From Chthonomonas calidirosea (lineage in GTDB: Bacteria; Armatimonadota; Fimbriimonadia; Fimbriimonadales; Fimbriimonadaceae): DNA of 24,775 nucleotides. Below the pieces are notes generated by a model. The model did no database searches. It saw nothing but the letters and a program-made list of their open reading frames with translations, and was not told the origin of the DNA. The translations under genes and the position numbers were made by a program. The stretch covers positions 1-24,775 of the forward strand of contig CAMAPH010000041.1 of assembly GCA_945859975.1 (NCBI GenBank). Direction: 5' to 3'. Positions 1-7,783 of this stretch are shown piece by piece; positions within the stretch are counted from its first letter, which is position 1; each line of letters starts with the position of its first letter.

Positions 1-33
1 TCGCTGAGCTAGATAACTGAACGTGATGGCGTA

Positions 34-39
34 TAAACT
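34..39 (+). promoter_or_regulatory. Putative -10 box (TAAACT) of a leaderless promoter
   Basis: TAnnnT lies 6 nt before in-frame GTG 46, with no SD. The same arrangement recurs at many genes in the window. Confidence 0.55.
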
Positions 40-45
40 GTGCGC

Positions 46-2712
46 GTGCGCCATCTGCTTCCGTTATCTTTTCTTGCCATTGCATTAGTAGGCTGCGGCG
101 GATCGGGGGGCGGATCGTCCGTTGTAACCCCGGTCCCCGAAACCCCGACGGAAAAAGGCACCGCCTTGTTCAACGTCGACGTGAATACCGGCAAGGTCAC
201 GGTCGTGCCTTTGGAAGGGGCAGATAGCCGAGCAAAGTCCTCCGTTCTCGGTGGAAACGCCGTCAGCTTCACCACTTCGACCTTGCTGAGCGAAGGCGGA
301 GAAGTTGGCCGTCGAGTCGTGAAGGTTCAAATGAAGAACAACCTGAGCGAGGCGATTGGCGTCGATCGGCCGATTCGGCTCCAATTCGGGGTGTTTGGCC
401 CGCTGACCGATTACCCAACGGACTTACGAGACCAAGCCGCCGTCAGCACGCTCGTGCGAGACCTGAATCCCGGCTTTCTCGATGGCCCCGCTGGTTCTGC
501 CCGCTTCTCGAACCCAACTGCCGTTACGGTCGGTGCAGACGGCGCGATTTACTTTAATGGCACGGATAATCGAATCCGTCGATTGCTAGATGGCTACATT
601 TCGACGGTGGCTCAAAACGTCGCCGCTAGCGGGCTGACCTACCTCAAGGATCCGTTGACCAATCGCGAGTACATCGTTGCCGCCAGCTCCGCGACCCATT
701 CCATCAAGCTAATCCCCGTTGCAAGCGGATCGGTCACCACCTGGGCGGGACTGGATAACACTGCCGGAAACATCAACGGTGCCGCTACTTCGGCTCGGTT
801 CAATAACCCCTATGGTATTGCCGTAGATCCCCAGAGCGCCCAAGTGCTCGTTGCCGATTCTGGCAATGGCGCCGTACGAGCCATCCCGTTCACCTTTGTT
901 GGCGGAAACTTAGTTGCCGGAACGGTGCTCACTCGCTACTCTGGACTCACCGCCCCCTACTGCGTCGCCGTGGCTTCCAACCGAACTGTCGGCGTTACCG
1001 AAGGGAACGTCAACCGAGTTCGACTTTACAACGCAGGCTCCAGTCGAGAAGCGATCATCGGGACCGGCACTGCCGGCAACATCGTCGGCGATGGCAACAT
1101 CACTCAGTTCTCCCTCCCCATTGGCATAACCGCGCTAGGGGAGACCTTCTTCGTCACCGATGTCAACAATTTTCAGATCAAGCGGATTGCGCTGAAGAAC
1201 GGAGCAGCTCCGCTCTTGGCGGCAAACTGGACGACTTCGATCGTGGCCGGTACGGCGGCAAGTGGCACGACAGATGGCTCGGGGACGGTTGCGCAGTTCG
1301 GCTCAATCCCTGGGCTCACAGCGGACCCGCAAAACAGACTGGTCGTATCGGACCAAACCGGGAACTCGATTCGACGGATCGTGAGCAACGGTGCGTTTGA
1401 CTTTGGCACGCCCACCGGATCGGGAGTTGGCGGTACCACCCTTGTGAACCTAACTGGAGTCGCAGACCTTGATGGGCTTCATCGACCGTTCATTGACCTC
1501 AACAAAACGGTTCAACCTGGGGAAACCGTTGACGCCGGCGATTGGCAGTTCAGCATTCCAGATGGCGTTTCAGCCTTCCGATTTGCAGTAACGGTGGAAG
1601 CGGCAACACCTTACTTTGGTGGTTTAGAGGCGGTGCTTAACCCTACGGGCGGACCGGGTTCTCCTAATGTTATCGCCCAGATTTTGAACCGTCCGTCCGG
1701 GAGTCCGATCTACTTTGGCCGGCTGGAGAATATCGTCTTTGCTTCGAGGAGCGCGAATCTGGCATATGATGGTGCTGGCAACCTCTATTCTTCCGACGAT
1801 GTCTTAAGAATGGTGCGCAGAATTTCCCCGTCGGGAAATGTCACTCTCATTGCCGGACGCCCCAACGAGATCGGCACCGCGAACGGCGTTGGGTCTCAAG
1901 CTCGGTTCTCTCAACCGGCAGGAATCCTCGTGAACAAAGAGGGATCAGAAATCATCTTGGCGGATCCGACCAGTAACACGATTCGGCGAGTGGCATTAGC
2001 TCCTGGGGCCGATCCGACCAATGCCGACAATTGGGTGGTGTCAACCATTGCCGGGCTGGCGGGTATTTCCGGGGGAACCAACGGGTCTGGCGATGTGGCT
2101 CGATTTAACAATCCCTGGGGCTTGGCCGGGTACGACAATGATGCGGTTTTCATCAGCGATACCAGTGGGAATCGTATTCGAATTCTGTCTTACGTGGGCG
2201 GGAATCGCGCATTAGCGACTTCCTGGAGCGTGAGTGCGGCTTGCGGATCGACAGCCGGAAACCCCGGATTTGTCGACGGAACCTCCGGTTCGGCTAGGTT
2301 CTCCGCGCCGTACGGAATTTCTCTGACCAAGGCAGGACTCCTCTACATTGCGGACTATTCCAACAGTCGGATTCGTGTCCTGGATACAAAAACCATGCTC
2401 GTGTCGACGGCCGCGGGAAATGGGACTGTCTCGGAAAACGACAACATTGCGGCTAATCTCGGAAGTCTCGCAACGCCAATAGGATTGGTTGCCGATGAAT
2501 CTGGAGCCGTCTATTTCGGCGGATTCGGTGTTGTACGTCGGTTACTGAACGGTACGTTGAAGACAGTGGCCGGAAATGGGGATGGCTCTGGCAGGTCCGG
2601 AGACAAGCTTCAGTTTGCAGATTGTTGGGGCTTTGCCACCAATCGACAAGGAGACCTGACGTTTGCGAGCAATGGGCGGCTCATCCGACTGACCCGAAAA
2701 CTCGGACGCTAG
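46..2712 (+). CDS. Large NHL-repeat (beta-propeller) lipoprotein, two propeller regions
   Basis: The ORF runs 40..2712. It has a signal peptide with lipobox (LAIALVG-C) followed by a GGSGGG linker, and many NHL-type repeats (SARFSNPTAV, SARFNNPYGI, QARFSQPAGI, VARFNNPWGL, SARFSAPYGI; D..N.RIR). The start is set at in-frame GTG 46, 6 nt after TAAACT; GTG 40 is the alternative. Confidence 0.85.
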   Translation: MRHLLPLSFLAIALVGCGGSGGGSSVVTPVPETPTEKGTALFNVDVNTGKVTVVPLEGADSRAKSSVLGGNAVSFTTSTLLSEGGEVGRRVVKVQMKNNLSEAIGVDRPIRLQFGVFGPLTDYPTDLRDQAAVSTLVRDLNPGFLDGPAGSARFSNPTAVTVGADGAIYFNGTDNRIRRLLDGYISTVAQNVAASGLTYLKDPLTNREYIVAASSATHSIKLIPVASGSVTTWAGLDNTAGNINGAATSARFNNPYGIAVDPQSAQVLVADSGNGAVRAIPFTFVGGNLVAGTVLTRYSGLTAPYCVAVASNRTVGVTEGNVNRVRLYNAGSSREAIIGTGTAGNIVGDGNITQFSLPIGITALGETFFVTDVNNFQIKRIALKNGAAPLLAANWTTSIVAGTAASGTTDGSGTVAQFGSIPGLTADPQNRLVVSDQTGNSIRRIVSNGAFDFGTPTGSGVGGTTLVNLTGVADLDGLHRPFIDLNKTVQPGETVDAGDWQFSIPDGVSAFRFAVTVEAATPYFGGLEAVLNPTGGPGSPNVIAQILNRPSGSPIYFGRLENIVFASRSANLAYDGAGNLYSSDDVLRMVRRISPSGNVTLIAGRPNEIGTANGVGSQARFSQPAGILVNKEGSEIILADPTSNTIRRVALAPGADPTNADNWVVSTIAGLAGISGGTNGSGDVARFNNPWGLAGYDNDAVFISDTSGNRIRILSYVGGNRALATSWSVSAACGSTAGNPGFVDGTSGSARFSAPYGISLTKAGLLYIADYSNSRIRVLDTKTMLVSTAAGNGTVSENDNIAANLGSLATPIGLVADESGAVYFGGFGVVRRLLNGTLKTVAGNGDGSGRSGDKLQFADCWGFATNRQGDLTFASNGRLIRLTRKLGR

Positions 2713-2727
2713 GTTGCTCCTCGATTT

Positions 2728-2754
2728 GCCCGGTTTCGATTCACGGAACCGGGC
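2728..2754 (+). terminator. GC-rich hairpin after the NHL gene (terminator or stabiliser, no clear U-tract)
   Basis: GCCCGGTT...AACCGGGC forms a perfect 8-bp stem, extendable to about 11 bp with one G-U pair, starting 15 nt after the stop codon. Confidence 0.5.
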
Positions 2755-2772
2755 GGTATTCTATCGGATAGC

Positions 2773-4071
2773 ATGGCAACTCCGATTCGCATGACCAGCG
2801 CCGGTCTCGACGTTCCAAACGACCCGATTATTCCATTCATCGAGGGCGATGGTACTGGCCCAGACATCTGGCGATCCAGCGTTCGCGTCTTCGATGCCGC
2901 GGTTGAAAAAGCCTACGGCGGAACCCGAAAAGTAGCCTGGCAGGAAGTGCTTGCGGGCGAAAAGGCGTTCAACGCCACGGGAAACTGGTTGCCCGACGAA
3001 ACCCTCGACGCCTTCCGAACCTATCTGATCGGCATCAAGGGCCCGTTGACGACGCCCGTCGGCGGTGGTATTCGCTCCCTCAACGTTGCTCTGCGACAGA
3101 TCCTCGACCTCTATGTTTGCCTTCGCCCTGTGCAGTGGTTCACCGGCGTCCCTAGCCCAGTTAAGAATCCGGGCGCAGTGGACATGGTTATCTTCCGCGA
3201 AAACACGGAAGACATTTATGCGGGAATTGAATATGCCGCCGGATCGGAAGACGCGGCGAAGATCCTCAACTTCCTACAAGAAAACTTCCCGAAAGAGTTC
3301 GCAAAGATCCGATTCGGCACGACGGAAGCGGGCGAGAAGTGGAATGAGCAACTTAAAGGCGTTGGACTTCCCGAGCGCGATGCGACCCTCGAAGTCGGTA
3401 TCGGCTTCAAGCCAGTCAGCTACCTCGGCACCGAGCGAATCGTCCACAGCGCCATTGAATACGCGATCCGAACCGGTCGAAAGAGCGTCACCCTGGTCCA
3501 CAAAGGCAACATCATGAAGTTCACGGAAGGTAGCTTCCGAGACTGGGGCTATAAGGTTGCGAAGGACTTCTTCGGAGCCGAAGAGATCGACGGCGGCCCA
3601 TGGTGCCAAATTCCAGAAGGGAAGCCAGGCGCTGGATTGATCATCAAGGATGCCATCGCCGACATCACCCTTCAGCAGGTTCTCACCCGGCCAGAAGACT
3701 TCGATGTCATCGCAACGCTCAACCTCAACGGTGACTACCTCAGCGACGCGCTGGCGGCGCAGGTTGGCGGCATCGGGATTGCTCCGGGCGCAAACATCAA
3801 CTACGTCACGGGACACGCGATCTTCGAAGCCACCCACGGTACCGCGCCAAAGTACGCGAACCTCGACAAGGTCAATCCTTCGTCGGTGATCCTCAGCGGC
3901 GAAATGATGTTCCGCTACCTCGGTTGGACCGAAGTTGCCGACCTAATTCTGAAGGGCGTCGAAGGCGCCATCTCATCGGGCAAGGTCACTTACGACTTCG
4001 CTCGACTAATGGACAACGCAACGGAAGTCAAGTGCAGTGGTTTCGGCGACGAAATCATCGCAAACATGTAA
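2773..4071 (+). CDS. icd: NADP-dependent isocitrate dehydrogenase (E. coli-type dimeric)
   Basis: Motifs [51 protein letters not shown] and [17 protein letters not shown] and VTYDFAR carry the K/Y/Y/R NADP determinants. Confidence 0.97.
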   Translation: MATPIRMTSAGLDVPNDPIIPFIEGDGTGPDIWRSSVRVFDAAVEKAYGGTRKVAWQEVLAGEKAFNATGNWLPDETLDAFRTYLIGIKGPLTTPVGGGIRSLNVALRQILDLYVCLRPVQWFTGVPSPVKNPGAVDMVIFRENTEDIYAGIEYAAGSEDAAKILNFLQENFPKEFAKIRFGTTEAGEKWNEQLKGVGLPERDATLEVGIGFKPVSYLGTERIVHSAIEYAIRTGRKSVTLVHKGNIMKFTEGSFRDWGYKVAKDFFGAEEIDGGPWCQIPEGKPGAGLIIKDAIADITLQQVLTRPEDFDVIATLNLNGDYLSDALAAQVGGIGIAPGANINYVTGHAIFEATHGTAPKYANLDKVNPSSVILSGEMMFRYLGWTEVADLILKGVEGAISSGKVTYDFARLMDNATEVKCSGFGDEIIANM

Positions 4072-4080
4072 AGGCTCATC

Positions 4081-4851
4081 ATGTCGGCTGCTCGCGAGGC
4101 TACGGATCAAAAGATCTTGCGAGCGGCCGATTCTTTCTTTCATGGCTTCACCCTCCATCGGAGCCGAACCTACCCCTACATCATCACCCGTTCGGAAGGG
4201 CTCACCATCCTGCACGATGCCCCGAGAAAGAAGCCGCAGGATATGCGTCGGGCCGAGGCGATTACGATTGATCGGTCACCGAAAGAAGTTCATTCGGAAT
4301 ACGAACGATTAAATTTTGAGCATCCGCGCTGGAGTCTTGGCGCAATCTATTCCGACGAGGCGAGCTTGGAAAGCGTAGAAAGTGAGTATCGCGCCTTGGG
4401 ATATCGCCTGATTGCCCGAGAAGCTTTCTTTACGCACGAACATCACGAACTTCCCAAGGTGAATTCAAACCTAACGCGGAGGATCACCAGTTCGGAAGAG
4501 ATGGAGATGTACGCCCGAGCAACCGGACGGAAGCCATACCGAAGCGCAGACATTGAAGGGCAGTTTCCGAAGATTAGATGTTATTATTCGGTTTCCGAAG
4601 AAACCGTCGTTGGGGGGGTCGCAACCATCCTAACGCCGAACGATACGTTTTGGGTCTCAAACTTGTGGGTGACCGAGGAAAGAAGGCGAGAGGGGAGGGC
4701 GACCGCAATGATGGCCCAATTGCTCCAGGATAATGACAAAGCCGGACCGGCGATGACCGTTCTGCTAAGTAGCAAGGCAGGTGCTTACCTTTATCCTCGT
4801 CTCGGCTTCGAGCAGATTGGCACCCTGTTGCTCTACCAGCCCCCCAAATAA
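4081..4851 (+). CDS. GNAT family N-acetyltransferase
   Basis: C-terminal motif A (LWVTEERRREGRATAMM) and motif B (GAYLYPRLGF). Confidence 0.8.
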   Translation: MSAAREATDQKILRAADSFFHGFTLHRSRTYPYIITRSEGLTILHDAPRKKPQDMRRAEAITIDRSPKEVHSEYERLNFEHPRWSLGAIYSDEASLESVESEYRALGYRLIAREAFFTHEHHELPKVNSNLTRRITSSEEMEMYARATGRKPYRSADIEGQFPKIRCYYSVSEETVVGGVATILTPNDTFWVSNLWVTEERRREGRATAMMAQLLQDNDKAGPAMTVLLSSKAGAYLYPRLGFEQIGTLLLYQPPK

Positions 4852-4855
4852 TGAC

Positions 4856-4861
4856 TAAAAT
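4856..4861 (+). promoter_or_regulatory. Putative -10 box (TAAAAT), leaderless
   Basis: TAnnnT lies 5 nt before ATG 4867, with no SD. Confidence 0.55.
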
Positions 4862-4866
4862 ACGGC

Positions 4867-5718
4867 ATGTCAACGCTGACCGATGCCGAAGTCGCGCACT
4901 TTCTAGAGTTTGGGTACATCAAAGTTCCTAATGCCATTCCTCGTTCGGTTTGCGAACAAGCGGAACGTGAATGCTTCGAACGGCTCGGATTCGACATGGA
5001 AGACCAGAGCACTTGGTCCATGGCAAGAATCCACATGCCCAGCACTAAGCATCGTGAAGTGAAGGATGTCAGTCCGGTCGCTTACGAAAAGATGTGCGCT
5101 CTGGTCGGCGGAGAGCACAAGCTCAAGCAGCCGTGCACGTGGTCCGACGGTTACATCGTTAATCTCGGCGTCAGAGCAGATGACCCTTGGGAGCCGGCTG
5201 GGCCAGACTGCCCGGGTTGGCACGTCGATGGCGATTTCTTCCTGCACTTCTTAGACTCTCCCGAGCAAGCACTTTTAGTTATCGTGCTATGGACAGATGT
5301 TGTTCACCAGGGCGGTCCAACCTTCATGGCGTCTGATTCGGTCCCGGTGATTGCCAAGTACCTTGCCGACCATCCAGAAGGCGTTGAGCCAAACGGCTTT
5401 GATTTTCAGCAACGAATTCGCGAGTGCAGCCGGTTCGAAGAGGCAGCCGGGCAAGCCGGAGACGTATTCCTGATCCACCCTTTCACCCTCCATGCCACCT
5501 CGCAGAACGTCTTGCGAAAGCGCCGGATCATCACCAATCCAACCCTGATCCTGAACGAGCCGATGCGATTTGACCTTCCTTTACACGAACTTTCGCTGGT
5601 TGAACAGAAAACCGTTCATGCCCTCGGCGGCGAACCGTTCAAGTTCGTGCCAACGCGAGAACGCGAGCGACGGGTCGCTGGTCCTAAGCAAATGCCCAAA
5701 ACAACTTCCGAAGGTTAA
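4867..5718 (+). CDS. Phytanoyl-CoA dioxygenase (PhyH)-like Fe(II)/2-oxoglutarate dioxygenase
   Basis: N-terminal LTDAEVAHFLEFGYIKV, HxD motif (WHVD), GGPT, and a distal His in AGDVFLIHPFTLHA followed by R..I. Confidence 0.8.
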   Translation: MSTLTDAEVAHFLEFGYIKVPNAIPRSVCEQAERECFERLGFDMEDQSTWSMARIHMPSTKHREVKDVSPVAYEKMCALVGGEHKLKQPCTWSDGYIVNLGVRADDPWEPAGPDCPGWHVDGDFFLHFLDSPEQALLVIVLWTDVVHQGGPTFMASDSVPVIAKYLADHPEGVEPNGFDFQQRIRECSRFEEAAGQAGDVFLIHPFTLHATSQNVLRKRRIITNPTLILNEPMRFDLPLHELSLVEQKTVHALGGEPFKFVPTRERERRVAGPKQMPKTTSEG

Positions 5719-5794
5719 GATTTCTTAATAAAGAACAGACATGCGTCTACGTTTTGGTGATAATGACTCCAGCCCTGAGCGGCACGCGGAAAAC

Positions 5795-6157
5795 ATGTCC
5801 ACTTTAGAAATCGCGAACGAACTCGTCACTCTCGTCAAAGAAGGCAAAAATGCCGAAGCCATTGAAAAGCTGTACGCAGACAACATCGTCAGTGTCGAAG
5901 CCGTTGCTGGTCCCCAGGGAGACACGGCTACCGGAATCGAGGCCGTCAAAGGCAAGCTCGAGTGGTGGGTCAACTCGATGGAAGTTCATGAAGCCAAGGT
6001 TGATGGCCCGTACGTCAGCGGCGACCAGTTCGCGGTGAAGTACGACTACGATGTGACGGACAAGAACTCCGGTCAGCGATATCCGATGATCGAAGTAGCG
6101 ATTTACACCGTGGCGGAAGGAAAGATCAGCCACGAGCGCTTCTTCTACAACATGTGA
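5795..6157 (+). CDS. SnoaL-like / NTF2-fold protein
   Basis: LYADNIVSVE, G.EAV.GK..WW, GDQFAV and EVAIYTVAEGKISHERFFY are typical of small NTF2-like proteins. ATG 5795 (MSTLEIAN) is preferred over 5741. Confidence 0.8.
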   Translation: MSTLEIANELVTLVKEGKNAEAIEKLYADNIVSVEAVAGPQGDTATGIEAVKGKLEWWVNSMEVHEAKVDGPYVSGDQFAVKYDYDVTDKNSGQRYPMIEVAIYTVAEGKISHERFFYNM

Positions 6158-6164
6158 GCTCGAG

Positions 6165-6197
6165 CGGAGTTCTGCCACCCTTAGTGGCAGAACTCCG
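6165..6197. repeat. Perfect 14-bp inverted repeat (hairpin) between the SnoaL-like gene and osmC
   Basis: CGGAGTTCTGCCAC-CCTTA-GTGGCAGAACTCCG. Confidence 0.85.
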
Positions 6198-6211
6198 TAG
6201 TACCTCGTGAT

Positions 6212-6670
6212 ATGCCAGCACAGATTCACGAGTATCCGGTCCTTGCCCATTGGGTAGGTGGTCGCGACGGCCAAGGCGACCTCACTCCCCAAACGAGCGG
6301 AAAGACCATTCCGATTAACGTTCCGCCCGAGTTTATGGGACCCGGTGGGGAAACAAACCCCGAAGAGCTTCTAACCAGCGCGGTGACCGGGTGTTACAGC
6401 ATCACCTTCGGCATCATCGCGGCAAACCGAAAGCTACCGGTTACGTCTATCACCGTGAATGCTCTCGGCGAGGTCGAGCAGAATGGCGCGTCTTTCAAGT
6501 ACCGAAAGCTCACCCTGCGACCACAGATTGAAGTGTCAGCGGATGCTACCGATGAGCAGATTCAGCAGACTTTGGACTTCGCTCACAAGGCCGATGCGTA
6601 CTGCATCGTTACGAACGCCGTGCGCGGAAATGTCGAAATTCTGATAGAACCAACGGTTATACGAAAATAG
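6212..6670 (+). CDS. OsmC/Ohr family peroxiredoxin-like protein
   Basis: PPEFMGPGGETNPEELLTSAVTGC and AHKADAYCIVTNAV contain the two conserved Cys. Confidence 0.88.
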   Translation: MPAQIHEYPVLAHWVGGRDGQGDLTPQTSGKTIPINVPPEFMGPGGETNPEELLTSAVTGCYSITFGIIAANRKLPVTSITVNALGEVEQNGASFKYRKLTLRPQIEVSADATDEQIQQTLDFAHKADAYCIVTNAVRGNVEILIEPTVIRK

Positions 6671-6729
6671 ATAGATTAGGGGCCGAGAGTCCCGCTTTGG
6701 TGTTACTGTAGTGCTACTTAGACGTCCTA

Positions 6730-6735
6730 TAAGGT
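6730..6735 (+). promoter_or_regulatory. Putative -10 box (TAAGGT), leaderless; could alternatively act as an SD (AAGGTGA)
   Basis: TAnnnT lies 6 nt before ATG 6742. Confidence 0.45.
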
Positions 6736-6741
6736 GAAGCC

Positions 6742-7236
6742 ATGGCAAAGAAGAACAAGATCGTTGGTCCCATTCTAGTAGGCGCTGGAATCATGGTCGC
6801 GATTGGTTTTTCCGTGGCTGCCCTCCGACCGCAGGTCGCGATGGGCTTAGCGGATCGTGCGTTAGAAGTGATTGGCGTCCACAACGTGATGGGCTACAAG
6901 ACGTTCAGCTTTGATGCCGTTGCCCTTAAGCGCAAGTTCACTACGTACGGCGACTTGAACGCGATGCCATTCAAAAGCGAAGGCGAGGTAGCGGTGGAGG
7001 TCTCCGAAGTTCCTCAGGAGATCCCCGCCACCCTCTACCAAACAATTGCCAACTGGGAGCGACTCGACGAACGCTTGTCGCTGGAAAAGATGGCGGCAAA
7101 GGTTCCCGGTCACATGCAGAACCATGTCTTGCTCCGGGCGCGGATCGAGAAGCCATCGAGCGTAAGGGCTAAATCCGCTTGGTCAGATCCGGTAATCGTC
7201 TGGGTTGGTCCGAAGAACCAAGCCGCGAAGAAGTAA
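6742..7236 (+). CDS. Hypothetical protein with N-terminal membrane anchor/signal
   Basis: Basic N-terminus (MAKKNK) and a hydrophobic helix, then a soluble domain ending RAR...SAWS. Confidence 0.7.
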   Translation: MAKKNKIVGPILVGAGIMVAIGFSVAALRPQVAMGLADRALEVIGVHNVMGYKTFSFDAVALKRKFTTYGDLNAMPFKSEGEVAVEVSEVPQEIPATLYQTIANWERLDERLSLEKMAAKVPGHMQNHVLLRARIEKPSSVRAKSAWSDPVIVWVGPKNQAAKK

Positions 7237-7247
7237 GCGTCACTCAT

Positions 7248-7262
7248 TTTCGTGACACGAAA
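7248..7262. promoter_or_regulatory. 7-1-7 palindrome; operator or weak terminator
   Basis: TTTCGTG-A-CACGAAA followed by TTTTCTTT, located at the expected -35 position of the next promoter. Confidence 0.45.
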
Positions 7263-7279
7263 TTTTCTTTACGTTCCGT

Positions 7280-7285
7280 TAAAGT
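7280..7285 (+). promoter_or_regulatory. Putative -10 box (TAAAGT), leaderless
   Basis: TAnnnT lies 6 nt before ATG 7292, with no clear SD. Confidence 0.55.
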
Positions 7286-7291
7286 GAGCCT

Positions 7292-7738
7292 ATGGCAAGG
7301 TTTTCGGCCGGATATGCACGTTGGATCGTGCTCGGACTCGTTTCTCCAATGGCCGCAGCGGTGCTCGGGTTCATCACTTTGAGCATGGCAATGCCGAAGA
7401 CCCTGAACATCATCGCGCAAGAAGATCCGAAGAAGCCGTTGCCAGCCCTCGACTTCGCTGCGGTGAATCGAAACGGTCGTCTCGAGGTCGCAGAACTCGG
7501 AACCGCGATCAAAAACACAAACGGTCAGTTCATCGTTGCCATCGATGTTGCGAACAGCACCTGCCGTCCTGGCAATTGGCGAAGAATTGAGAGCTCGCTC
7601 GCGCAGCTCAGCGGCGGAGTTCGACTGCCCCATGACTTTTACCGGGATAGCCGTGTTCGAGCTCGCTTGCTCAACTCCAAGACCATGGAACCCCTCACCG
7701 AGTGGTCCAAAATCAGTTCCGTTCGGAACGTGAACTAA
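7292..7738 (+). CDS. Hypothetical protein with N-terminal membrane anchor; probable distant paralog of 6742..7236
   Basis: Hydrophobic residues at about 12-34. Shares NW.R and RAR...[ST].WS with the upstream ORF. Confidence 0.7.
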   Translation: MARFSAGYARWIVLGLVSPMAAAVLGFITLSMAMPKTLNIIAQEDPKKPLPALDFAAVNRNGRLEVAELGTAIKNTNGQFIVAIDVANSTCRPGNWRRIESSLAQLSGGVRLPHDFYRDSRVRARLLNSKTMEPLTEWSKISSVRNVN

Positions 7739-7783
7739 GCCTCACCGTCCCAGTTTTCGGCCCGCCAAAAGGTAAAACGGGCC

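Noticed and set aside
480..2500. Repeats in the first gene as a possible CRISPR or DNA tandem repeat
   Set aside because: The repetition is at protein level only (NHL blades), with no identical nucleotide repeats and spacers.
4081..6670. GNAT, PhyH, SnoaL and OsmC as a secondary-metabolite cluster
   Set aside because: There is no scaffold-forming enzyme, precursor peptide or transporter, and the genes appear to have separate promoters or hairpins between them.
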